Positions 9,275-17,706 of a stretch of DNA of 64,000 bases are shown piece by piece (position 1 is the stretch's first letter; every line of letters begins with the position of its first letter). The notes beneath the pieces were generated by a model, which was not told the origin of the DNA, made no database searches, and saw only the letters and a list, made by a program, of their open reading frames with translations. The stretch spans positions 106,837 through 170,836 of the forward strand of contig CALHGX010000009.1 in NCBI GenBank assembly GCA_938031185.1, in the 5' to 3' direction. The position numbers and the translations under genes are program-made. The DNA is from an uncultured bacterium (GTDB taxonomy: Bacteria > Verrucomicrobiota > Kiritimatiellia > CAIKKV01 > CALHGX01).

Positions 9275-11005
9275 ATGACCAACGGCGGCGAAATCATCGT
9301 CTGCGCGCTGCAGGAACAGGGAGCCGATACGGTTTTCACACTCCCCGGATCGGGCATTCTGTCCATCCTTCAAGAAGCAGCGCGGCGGCTGCGCGTCATT
9401 TCCGGACGCCACGAAACGTCGGTTGTGCAAATGGCCGAAGGATGGGCACGAATACGGCGCGCGCCGGGTGTGGCCATTCTTCCCGAAGGCCCCGGCCTCG
9501 CCAACGGCATCGGTGGGCTGGCCTCGGCCTTCGCCGAGAGAACGCCGCTGGTCGTCCTGAGCGCGCTCCCCCCCCAAGCGGAACTGGGTCGGGGCGCGCG
9601 GCAGGAATTGCCACAAGTGGAGCTCTGTGCTCCCATCTGCAAGTCCTCAATTATGGTGACCCGGCCCAGCCAAATCGCCCAGGCTCTGGCCGATGCTTTT
9701 ACACAAGCTCGAGTCGGCGTACCGGGTCCCGTCCATCTGGCGCTCCCCCTGGATGTGATCGAAGCACGCGGACCAACATCACCCCAGGCGATGAAGCCCG
9801 CATCGCCCGCAGAGCAAGAAAACATCGCTTCCCCAGACGCTATTGCCGAGGTCGTACGCCTGCTCGCCGGCGCCCGGCGGCCAGTGGTCGTCGCAGGCAG
9901 CCTGGCCTACTGGCATCGTGCCGACCATCTCCTACGCGCCTTCATCGAACAAACCGGTTTGCCGCTTTTCACTGTGGAACGGGCAAGAGGACTTCTGCCC
10001 GATGCGCATCCGCTCTGCTTCGGGGATGCCTACGCCACCGTTAACCACGCGGCGGCCCTGCTCCAGCACGCCGATGTGGTGCTGCTTCTGGGCGAACCGC
10101 TCGACTGCCGATTCGCCTACGGCCGCGCCTTTGGCCGGTCTCGCATCCTCCATCTCTGGGCCAAATCACGTCCGTCCGCCATGAGCGGCGAGAACGAAAT
10201 CCTGCGCGTTGCCGGCCGGTGTGATGCCGCGCTGGAAAGCCTCCTGCTTCAGGCGGCATCATTCGCTTGGCCCCCGCGCACGGACTGGCTTGCCGCTCTG
10301 CAAGCCGCGCGCGAGGCTCATCATCAGATGGTCCATCGCTCGCCAACCTTCACGCGAAGCGATGCCGTGGACTACGGCCTGCACCCCGTCGAAATGACCC
10401 GGATGGTGGCCGCCGTCCTCCCGGAAAATGCTTTGCTGGCATTTGACGGCGGCAACGTGTCTGGCTGGGCGCGTACCGTCCTCTCCGCTCGACGCCCAGG
10501 CGATTGGCAACTCAATACGGTCTTCGGACAGATGGGACCGGGCCTGTCCTACGCGCTTGGCGCCCGCGTGGCGGAGCCCCAAACTCCCGTGTTCCTGATC
10601 ACCGGCGACGGGGCCTTCGGGATGAGCATCGGCGAAATCGAAACGGCGGTCCGCCACGATCTGCCCGTGGTCGTCATCGTTGGAAATGATGCGGCATGGG
10701 GTATTGAGCATCATTTCGAAAGGGTGCTCTACCCGCACACCCCCTCCTCAATCATGACGCTGAACCGGACGCGTTGGGACCTTGTAGCCGAAGCCCTCGG
10801 CGCGCATGGCGAGTTCGTTGACCATGTCGAACAATTACCGCCAGCATTGGAACGGGCGGTCTCAAGCGGACGCCCGGCGTGCGTCAACGTGCAGTTGCGA
10901 TGGGCCCCCAGCCCGCTCGCGCGAATGTTCACCGGCATTCTTCGGCGCGAGCGACGTCAAGTCGCGTCCCCCGGCGCCGCCAGCAATAGGGAGGAGTCTG
11001 CCTGA
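9275..11005 (+). CDS. Thiamine-diphosphate-dependent enzyme, acetolactate-synthase-like (three-domain Pyr/central/PP)
   Basis: 576 aa. Has the N-terminal TPP pyrimidine-binding region and the C-terminal GDGAFGMSIGEIETAVRHDLPVVVIVGNDAAWG TPP-binding motif. Confidence 0.85.
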   Translation: MTNGGEIIVCALQEQGADTVFTLPGSGILSILQEAARRLRVISGRHETSVVQMAEGWARIRRAPGVAILPEGPGLANGIGGLASAFAERTPLVVLSALPPQAELGRGARQELPQVELCAPICKSSIMVTRPSQIAQALADAFTQARVGVPGPVHLALPLDVIEARGPTSPQAMKPASPAEQENIASPDAIAEVVRLLAGARRPVVVAGSLAYWHRADHLLRAFIEQTGLPLFTVERARGLLPDAHPLCFGDAYATVNHAAALLQHADVVLLLGEPLDCRFAYGRAFGRSRILHLWAKSRPSAMSGENEILRVAGRCDAALESLLLQAASFAWPPRTDWLAALQAAREAHHQMVHRSPTFTRSDAVDYGLHPVEMTRMVAAVLPENALLAFDGGNVSGWARTVLSARRPGDWQLNTVFGQMGPGLSYALGARVAEPQTPVFLITGDGAFGMSIGEIETAVRHDLPVVVIVGNDAAWGIEHHFERVLYPHTPSSIMTLNRTRWDLVAEALGAHGEFVDHVEQLPPALERAVSSGRPACVNVQLRWAPSPLARMFTGILRRERRQVASPGAASNREESA

Positions 11006-12684
11006 TGTCCCCCCCGCCCCGTACGGACGACCGGCCGGACGCCGTGATCATCGGGTTCCACGAGCCTGATCTCGATCGCCTCATGGAAGTGCGCCGACGA
11101 ATGGCAGATTCCTCCGGCGCATTCCGCCAAATGGCCGGCAGTGTTTTTCGCGTCAAAGGCCACTGGCTCCATCACAGCGAGCTGCTGAATGCCGCGGCAA
11201 GCGAAGCCGTCGGCCGCCATCCGAACCTAAGCCCCATGACTCTGCCCTCCCTCGCCGCATGCTATCTCTTCTCGTACCTCGCCCGGCGCGCTTTTCGAGT
11301 GGAACTCGTGAACTCCTTCGATCGGGACCGCGAACGCCTGGAAGAAATCCTTCGCCAAAGGCCGCGGGCCGCCGTGGTGACCACGACATTCTACTTGGAG
11401 CCGGAGCCGATTCAGGACGTCATCCGGCATCTGAAGGCGCATTCGCCGGACACGCTCGTGATTGTTGGCGGCCCTTTCATTCATGCGCTGTGCTCAAGCG
11501 GTCCCGCCGAAGCGCAGGATCGCGTGCTTCAATCCATCGGTGCTGATATCTACATTCACAGTGCACAGGGAGAAGCCACGCTCGCCCGCGTCATCCGTGA
11601 ACTGGCCGCGGGGGCCCTCCCTTCGGCTGGATCCTCGGCATGGCTTCAGATTCCAAATCTCGTTCTTCCGCCCGCTGCTCGAGGCCGCGACGCCTTTATC
11701 CGGACGCCGTTGGCTGTCGAGGACAATGACATGGACAGCGACGTCGTGGATTGGGACGGCATTCCTGCGCGCGTCGTCGCGCCCACCGCCCTTCTTTTTT
11801 CCACCCGCAGTTGTCCGTTCCGATGCTCCTTCTGCCGCTATCCAAGCTTGGCGGGATCTGTGCGAATGACCAGCATACCCGTCATCGAACACCAGATGAG
11901 CCGGCTTCATGCCAAAGGGGTCCGAACGTTGATCTTCCCCGACGACACTCCCAATGTGCCCCGCAATCGGTTCAAGGACCTGTTGCGCATGATGATACGC
12001 CGGGGCTTTGGCTTTTCCTGGTTCTCCAACCTCCGCTGCGCCGAGGCGGATGTCGAGACGTATGATCTGCTGGCCGCCGCCGGTTGCCGCGGCGTTTTTC
12101 TTGGAATCGAATCCGCGTCCCAGACTCTATTGGACAACATGAACAAGCATTCCACCGTGGAGGCCTATCGCCGAGGCATTCACGAATTGCGCCGACGCGG
12201 CATTCTCTCCTACGCGTCCTTCATCGTGGGCTTCCCGGGCGAAACAGACGACACGGTTCGCGAGACCATTGCTTTCGTAAACGAGGTTCAGCCGGACTAC
12301 TATCAGGTGCATCTCTACTACCACAGCCGTCTTGCCCCCATTCACGCCCATGCTCGGGAATTCGGCTTGCGCGGCGGCGACTATAGTTGGACACACCGCA
12401 CTATGGACTGGCGGCGCGCCGCCGACTGGGTGGACGCGTTTCGCGAAGACATTCGCGGGCCCGTGTTGGGTACCAGTTATCTCTCAACCCTGTGGTTTAT
12501 CGCCTACCTTCACGGCCTCGGCGCCCCCTTGCCGATAGTCCGCAAGTTCATGGCTGCCAGCGCGGACATGATTCGGCGCCAGCGTGCCCTCTGGACCGGC
12601 GGTCACCTCTCCGAAGAGATCCCGCCAGCCGTCGTCTCCGCCGCCGGCCAACTGGTTTCTGCCATCACGGAGGCGCAACGATGA
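11005..12684 (+). CDS. Cobalamin (B12)-binding domain radical SAM enzyme (class B rSAM), copy 1
   Basis: An N-terminal B12-binding-like domain is followed by the CPFRCSFC radical SAM cysteine motif and GIESAS/GFPGET elements. The ATG overlaps the upstream stop (TGATG at 11003-11007). Confidence 0.85.
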   Translation: MSPPPRTDDRPDAVIIGFHEPDLDRLMEVRRRMADSSGAFRQMAGSVFRVKGHWLHHSELLNAAASEAVGRHPNLSPMTLPSLAACYLFSYLARRAFRVELVNSFDRDRERLEEILRQRPRAAVVTTTFYLEPEPIQDVIRHLKAHSPDTLVIVGGPFIHALCSSGPAEAQDRVLQSIGADIYIHSAQGEATLARVIRELAAGALPSAGSSAWLQIPNLVLPPAARGRDAFIRTPLAVEDNDMDSDVVDWDGIPARVVAPTALLFSTRSCPFRCSFCRYPSLAGSVRMTSIPVIEHQMSRLHAKGVRTLIFPDDTPNVPRNRFKDLLRMMIRRGFGFSWFSNLRCAEADVETYDLLAAAGCRGVFLGIESASQTLLDNMNKHSTVEAYRRGIHELRRRGILSYASFIVGFPGETDDTVRETIAFVNEVQPDYYQVHLYYHSRLAPIHAHAREFGLRGGDYSWTHRTMDWRRAADWVDAFREDIRGPVLGTSYLSTLWFIAYLHGLGAPLPIVRKFMAASADMIRRQRALWTGGHLSEEIPPAVVSAAGQLVSAITEAQR

Positions 12685-14084
12685 AGCTAGCCCTGGTGCA
12701 TCTGGCTCCGGATAGCACCGAGCCGCCGTTGGGGCTGGCCTCGATGGCGGCCTATCTGCGCAGCTATGCCGACTTCCATGGCGCCGTCATTGTGGATGCC
12801 GACCACCCGCTCGACACTCTGCTCAAAACCAAGCCGGACCTCGTTGGCATATCCGCCCTTACCTACCAGTACCCCGCCGCGCGCGCCCTGGCCGCCGAAC
12901 TGCGAGCCGCAATGCCACGCGTTCCCTTGATCCTCGGCGGCTACCATATCTCCGTCTTCCCCGACCACTTGGCCGCCACAGCATTCGACGTGGGCGTCAT
13001 CGGAGAAGGGGAGCAGACGCTGTGCGAACTGGTGAAGCTCTTTCAACGGGACGGCTCGCTGGCCCCGGCCGGGCTTCGCCAAATCCACGGTCTTGTTTTT
13101 CGCAATGAACAAAGGGCCATGGAGCTGACGCCGCCCCGGCCTCTGATTGAGCCGCTCGATCAGATTCCCATGCCCGCCTGGGATCTGTTCCAGCGCCGAA
13201 GCGACTACCTCGCCCCACGCCGAGGCTTGTTCCACCGACTGGGCGTTTATCCGGCCATGCTAACTTCTCGCGGCTGTCCCTATCAATGCGCCTTCTGTTC
13301 GCCCACTCGTTTTTGGGGTCATTTTCGCCTCTTCTCCGCCGAACGGGTTGTGGAAGAAATGGAATGGCTTGCCCGAACATGCCAAGCTGATGGACTGTTC
13401 ATCTGGGACGATCTCTTCACCGTAAATCGCACTCGTCTGCGGCGCATCGCCGATCTGTTCGAAGCGAACGGCCTGCATCGCCGTCTTCGTCTCTGTATTT
13501 TCGGGCGCACCAACCTGCTCGACGAGGAAATGGCTGACTTGCTCCAACGTCTGCGCGTCGAAGGCATCTTCTTCGGCCTCGAGTCGGGTTCTCAACGCGT
13601 TCTCGACTATCTGAAGAAGGGCACCGTCCGTGTAGAGAACAACTACCGCGCCCTGCGACTTTGCAAGGCGCGCGGCATGCGCACCGTCGGCACCCTGATC
13701 ATCGGCGCCCCCGTTGAAACAGAGGAGGATTTGGAGGACACGCGTCGGCTCGCCACGTCGCCAGACCTTGACTATGCGATGATCTGCCACCTCACCCCGC
13801 TGCCCGGCACGGAGGTCTGGGAAGAGGCTAGGCACGACGGCCTCGTGTCCAACAAGCCAGATTTTGACTTTGCCTCGCTGGACGGATGGCACTTCCGCGA
13901 ACGATTCGTCATGACGCGCCATGTCTCGCCGGCCGCGCTTCGCGCGTGGTATGAGCGGCTCCGCCGGGAAGCCAACCACCGGACGGATCGCCCGAAACTG
14001 GGCTGGCGAGAACTACGCCATCTTTTGAATCGCCGCCTGTGGAACACGGCGGCACGGCAGTTCCTGCAGCGGGCCCGCCGCTAG
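12681..14084 (+). CDS. Cobalamin (B12)-binding domain radical SAM enzyme (class B rSAM), copy 2
   Basis: Taken from the internal start MKLALVHLAPD.... ATGA overlap with the copy-1 stop (12681-12684). B12-binding-like N-terminal domain, CPYQCAFC motif, GLESGS. Confidence 0.85.
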   Translation: MKLALVHLAPDSTEPPLGLASMAAYLRSYADFHGAVIVDADHPLDTLLKTKPDLVGISALTYQYPAARALAAELRAAMPRVPLILGGYHISVFPDHLAATAFDVGVIGEGEQTLCELVKLFQRDGSLAPAGLRQIHGLVFRNEQRAMELTPPRPLIEPLDQIPMPAWDLFQRRSDYLAPRRGLFHRLGVYPAMLTSRGCPYQCAFCSPTRFWGHFRLFSAERVVEEMEWLARTCQADGLFIWDDLFTVNRTRLRRIADLFEANGLHRRLRLCIFGRTNLLDEEMADLLQRLRVEGIFFGLESGSQRVLDYLKKGTVRVENNYRALRLCKARGMRTVGTLIIGAPVETEEDLEDTRRLATSPDLDYAMICHLTPLPGTEVWEEARHDGLVSNKPDFDFASLDGWHFRERFVMTRHVSPAALRAWYERLRREANHRTDRPKLGWRELRHLLNRRLWNTAARQFLQRARR

Positions 14085-14090
14085 CTGTTC

Positions 14091-14906
14091 CTACCACCAG
14101 CGACGAACGGAATCGCACGGCTCCTCCGCGCCCGGCGGCGGCACGCGAAAAATCACGCGCGCCGGATTCCCCGCCACCACCGCATAGGGCGGCACATGGT
14201 GCCGCACAATGGAGCCGGCGGAAACGGTCGCACCGCGCCCTACATGCACCCCGGGAAAGATCATGCATCGCATGCCGATCCAGACATCGTCGTCAATACG
14301 GACTTCCCGCACCTCCTCGTCCGCGGGCGGCGCGCCGCGACGGCGAGCCATCGGGTCGGTGACGTGGCCGCTGGAATCGAACACCACCACTTCGCCGGAT
14401 AGCATACAGTTGCGCCCGATCGTGATCCGGCGGCCGGCGATGAACACACACCCGTGCCCGATGCCTGTGCCATCCCCGATTTCAATCACCGGACGGACCG
14501 CGAACCGGGCCCCAAAGGTAAAAGTGCATTTGCCGTCCACCCACACCCGATCCCCAACAATCAAATCCCCGCGTCCCTGGATCCAGTGGACGAAGACGCC
14601 CGTGTGCACATCCCGTCCGCACTGTTTGCAGTAGGCCTTGAAGATGGGCTCGCAAATCAGCGCGCGCTTGAGGAAATGCCAGACAGCCCGCCCCGCAACG
14701 AGAAGCGTTCTGAAAGTCCGTCCCACCCAGCGAGGCACGGGAAGGGAGATAAATTCCCGCGCATGATAGAGCCGCCGCGCGCGGCGGGCCAAAGGCCGGT
14801 CCGACCGCGCCAGACGCTGAAGCCATCCACGCCTTATCGGCATGCCTTGGGGCGCCGAAGAACAACTGCCATTTGACTCGGAGGCGCCTCGTGTATCGTC
14901 CGCCAT
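14091..14906 (-). CDS. Hexapeptide-repeat (left-handed beta-helix) acyl/acetyltransferase
   Basis: Tandem hexapeptide motifs (IGDGTGIGHGCVFIAGRRITIGRNCMLSGEVVVFD...VWIGMRCMIFPGVHVGRGATVSAGSIV). 271 aa. Confidence 0.75.
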   Translation of the reverse strand: MADDTRGASESNGSCSSAPQGMPIRRGWLQRLARSDRPLARRARRLYHAREFISLPVPRWVGRTFRTLLVAGRAVWHFLKRALICEPIFKAYCKQCGRDVHTGVFVHWIQGRGDLIVGDRVWVDGKCTFTFGARFAVRPVIEIGDGTGIGHGCVFIAGRRITIGRNCMLSGEVVVFDSSGHVTDPMARRRGAPPADEEVREVRIDDDVWIGMRCMIFPGVHVGRGATVSAGSIVRHHVPPYAVVAGNPARVIFRVPPPGAEEPCDSVRRWW

Positions 14907-14917
14907 TCGGACTACCT

Positions 14918-15646
14918 CTATGACGAAAGCAGATGTTGCCCCCCATCCACAAACAGCGTCTGTCCGGTCACGCCGTCAAGGCGCAATAGCGCCACCACGC
15001 CCTCCGCCACGGCGGCGGCCGACAGGGTCCCGGGCAAGGGCATCCGCCCTGCAACCTCTCGAAGGCATTTCGCGCCGCGGCCCGGCGGCGCCAGAACGGG
15101 CCCCGGCGCCACGGCGTTCATCGTGAACGCCGGAGCCAGCTCTAAAGCGGCGATCCGCGTGAACTCGGCCAGCCCCTTTTTCGAAAGCAGATAGGGCAGA
15201 CACCCCGCCTCCACGCCCGCCACACGGCGATCGAGCAAATTGATGATGCGCCCCCCTTCTGCGAGTTCGGTGAACCGCCGGGTCAGATAGACCGGCACGT
15301 AGAGATTCACCCGCATTTCTTCTTCCAATCGTCGCGCCGTGGTGGTCCGGAGGCCGTCCTTGTGAAAGACAGCCGCGTTGTTCACAAGCACATCCAGCCG
15401 GCCCGCCGCGGCCCAGGCACGCTCCACCAATCGGCGGCAATCCGGTTCGCTGTCCAAACGGCCACAAAGGGGCCATGCTTCCACACCCCGGGATCGAATC
15501 GCTCGCGCCAAATTGCCGGCTTCCTTCCGAGATTGCCTGTAGTGAATGACGACGGCACAACGCTCTCGCGCAAGCGCTTCGCATATCGCGCGCCCAATGC
15601 GAACCGCGCCTCCTGTCACCAGCGCTACGCGTCCGGCCAGCTCCAT
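14918..15646 (-). CDS. SDR family oxidoreductase (pteridine-reductase/FolM-like)
   Basis: Internal start MELAGRVALVTGGAVRIGRAI, NNAAVF motif, YLLSKKG catalytic motif. Confidence 0.8.
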   Translation of the reverse strand: MELAGRVALVTGGAVRIGRAICEALARERCAVVIHYRQSRKEAGNLARAIRSRGVEAWPLCGRLDSEPDCRRLVERAWAAAGRLDVLVNNAAVFHKDGLRTTTARRLEEEMRVNLYVPVYLTRRFTELAEGGRIINLLDRRVAGVEAGCLPYLLSKKGLAEFTRIAALELAPAFTMNAVAPGPVLAPPGRGAKCLREVAGRMPLPGTLSAAAVAEGVVALLRLDGVTGQTLFVDGGQHLLSS

Positions 15647-15677
15647 ATCCGCCCCTCGTTCTTCCTCAGAACCTCGG

Positions 15678-16964
15678 TCAATCAAGCCGCGCCATTCCAG
15701 TAATGAGCCGATGCTCCTCCAACCCCGACTCGGCCGGCGCCACAACCGCCAGACTGGCCTTGCAGCTTCGAAAGACGTCCCCGGCCACCCGCATCACATC
15801 CTGGGACGTCACGGCTTCCACCTGCGCGATGATTTCTTCCGGCGGAATGAAGCGGCCGTATGAAAGAATGTTGTCGCCGACCCACAACATCTGATTCGCG
15901 GTGCCTTCCAAACTGAGCCGCAACTGGCCTACGGCGTAATCCTTCGCCCGCCGCAGTTCGGCCCCGCTCATCGGCGCCATCTTCATTTTGTTCAATTCGC
16001 CGACGATCAGATCCAACGCCCGCATCGTCCGTTTCCGATCCAACCCCGCGGACACGCTCAGAACGCCTGTCTCATCGAACAACTGCGCGCCAGAGTGGAT
16101 CGAATAAGCCAGCCCGTGGCGCTCGCGGACGGTGTGAAAGAGCCGCGAGCTCATGTTTTCTCCCAGCGCCACGCTCAACACCCGCAATGCGTACCGATCG
16201 GGATGACGCCGGCCGAACAAACGAAAGCCCATCGCCACATGCGTCTGTTCGATGGCCTTTCCAATCAACGCCACGGGTTTCTGCTTCACCGCGGCGGTCA
16301 CCTTCTTCCACGCTGGCGCCGCCCCCGCTGGCCGCGCGCCCAACAGCCGTTCCACTCGCTTCACGCATGCCTCATGATCCACGGCCCCCGCAAAAACCGC
16401 CACCGTGCGGGCCGGAACATAGTGCGTGCGAAGATACCGGCGCATGACTCCGCGGCCGACTCTGCCCAGGTTCTCCGGCGTGCCCGTCAAGGGCCGCCCG
16501 AGCGCGTGATCCGCCCATAACAATTCGCCAAGCGTTTCCTCCGCCACATGCTGCGGCTGGTCTCGATACATCATGATTTCTTCCAGAATCACGCCTCGTT
16601 CCTTAGCTATGTCCTCTTCGGCCAGCTTCGGATCCAAGTACATGTCCGTCAACACGTCCAGCGCCGTCCAGGCATGCTCAGATGCCACGCGAGCGTAGTA
16701 GCAGGTGCTTTCCTCCTGCGTGAAGGCATTCAGATACCCCCCCCGCCCCTCAATCTCCCGGGATATCTCCTGCGCCGTGCGACGCCTCGTCCCTTTGAAC
16801 AGCAGGTGCTCGAGAAAATGGCTGACACCCGACTCCTCGGGAGATTCATGCCGTCCGCCCGCACCCACCCATAGACCGATCGCGACGCTGGACACCTGAG
16901 GCATGCGCGCGGTGATCACACAAAGTCCGTTGGACAGGTCCGTGCGCCGCACATCCATCATCAT
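15678..16964 (-). CDS. M16 family zinc peptidase (pitrilysin-like)
   Basis: HFLEHLLFKG inverted zinc-binding HxxEH motif. 428 aa. Confidence 0.85.
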   Translation of the reverse strand: MMMDVRRTDLSNGLCVITARMPQVSSVAIGLWVGAGGRHESPEESGVSHFLEHLLFKGTRRRTAQEISREIEGRGGYLNAFTQEESTCYYARVASEHAWTALDVLTDMYLDPKLAEEDIAKERGVILEEIMMYRDQPQHVAEETLGELLWADHALGRPLTGTPENLGRVGRGVMRRYLRTHYVPARTVAVFAGAVDHEACVKRVERLLGARPAGAAPAWKKVTAAVKQKPVALIGKAIEQTHVAMGFRLFGRRHPDRYALRVLSVALGENMSSRLFHTVRERHGLAYSIHSGAQLFDETGVLSVSAGLDRKRTMRALDLIVGELNKMKMAPMSGAELRRAKDYAVGQLRLSLEGTANQMLWVGDNILSYGRFIPPEEIIAQVEAVTSQDVMRVAGDVFRSCKASLAVVAPAESGLEEHRLITGMARLD

Positions 16965-16965
16965 C

Positions 16966-17706
16966 TCAATCCCCCTCCCCTTCGGCGACCGCTTGCAGAG
17001 CGCGCACCGAGGTCAGCCCTTCATACAAAGCCTTGCCGACGATCGCTCCCGCCAAGTTGGGCAGCCTCAATGCCATCAAACGCCGCACATCCTCCACAGA
17101 AGAAACGCCACCGGAGGCGATCACAGCGCAGGACAGCCCCCCGGCCACTCGCTGTATGAGTTCCACAGCCGGACCCTGCAACATGCCGTCCCGTCCTGTT
17201 TCCGTATAAATCACAGTATGCACCCCTGCCGCGGCCACATCGCGACCGAGCTCCCATGGCGCCACATCAGTCTCCTCACGCCATCCGGCGGTTTGCACAC
17301 GCCCGCCGCGGGCATCAATGCCCACCACAAGGCGCGCTCCAAAGCGTTCCACCAATGCCCTCAGACCCGCCAAATCCCGCACTGCCCTCGTCCCGAGAAT
17401 CACCCTGTCAACGCCGGCGGCAAGAAGGCTCGAGATGTCTTCATCCGTACGCAGCCCCCCTCCCGCCTGAATCGGCACCGGCACCCCAGCGGCAATGGTC
17501 GCCACCACCTCTCGATGAACCGGCCAGCCCTCGAAAGCGCCATCGAGATCCACCACATGCAGTCGCGTGGCTCCCTCCGCCACCCAGTGGCGCGCCATGC
17601 TCAGCGGGTCGTCCGAGTAAACAGTGGCATCTTCCGCCCGCCCCTGCCTCAACCGGACACAGCGGCCGTCTTTCAAATCAATCGCCGGTATGATCTCAAA
17701 TCTCAT
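16966..17706 (-). CDS. hisA: ProFAR isomerase of histidine biosynthesis (1-(5-phosphoribosyl)-5-[(5-phosphoribosylamino)methylideneamino]imidazole-4-carboxamide isomerase)
   Basis: MRFEIIPAIDLKDGRCVRL... and a C-terminal GGVSSVEDV (beta/alpha)8-barrel signature. 246 aa. Confidence 0.85.
   Translation of the reverse strand: MRFEIIPAIDLKDGRCVRLRQGRAEDATVYSDDPLSMARHWVAEGATRLHVVDLDGAFEGWPVHREVVATIAAGVPVPIQAGGGLRTDEDISSLLAAGVDRVILGTRAVRDLAGLRALVERFGARLVVGIDARGGRVQTAGWREETDVAPWELGRDVAAAGVHTVIYTETGRDGMLQGPAVELIQRVAGGLSCAVIASGGVSSVEDVRRLMALRLPNLAGAIVGKALYEGLTSVRALQAVAEGEGD

Noticed and set aside
12387-12680. N-terminal 98 codons of ORF 12387..14084
   Set aside because: It overlaps the C-terminus of the first rSAM in another frame. 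The internal ATG at 12681, with its ATGA stop/start overlap and the beginning of the B12-binding domain, is the credible start.
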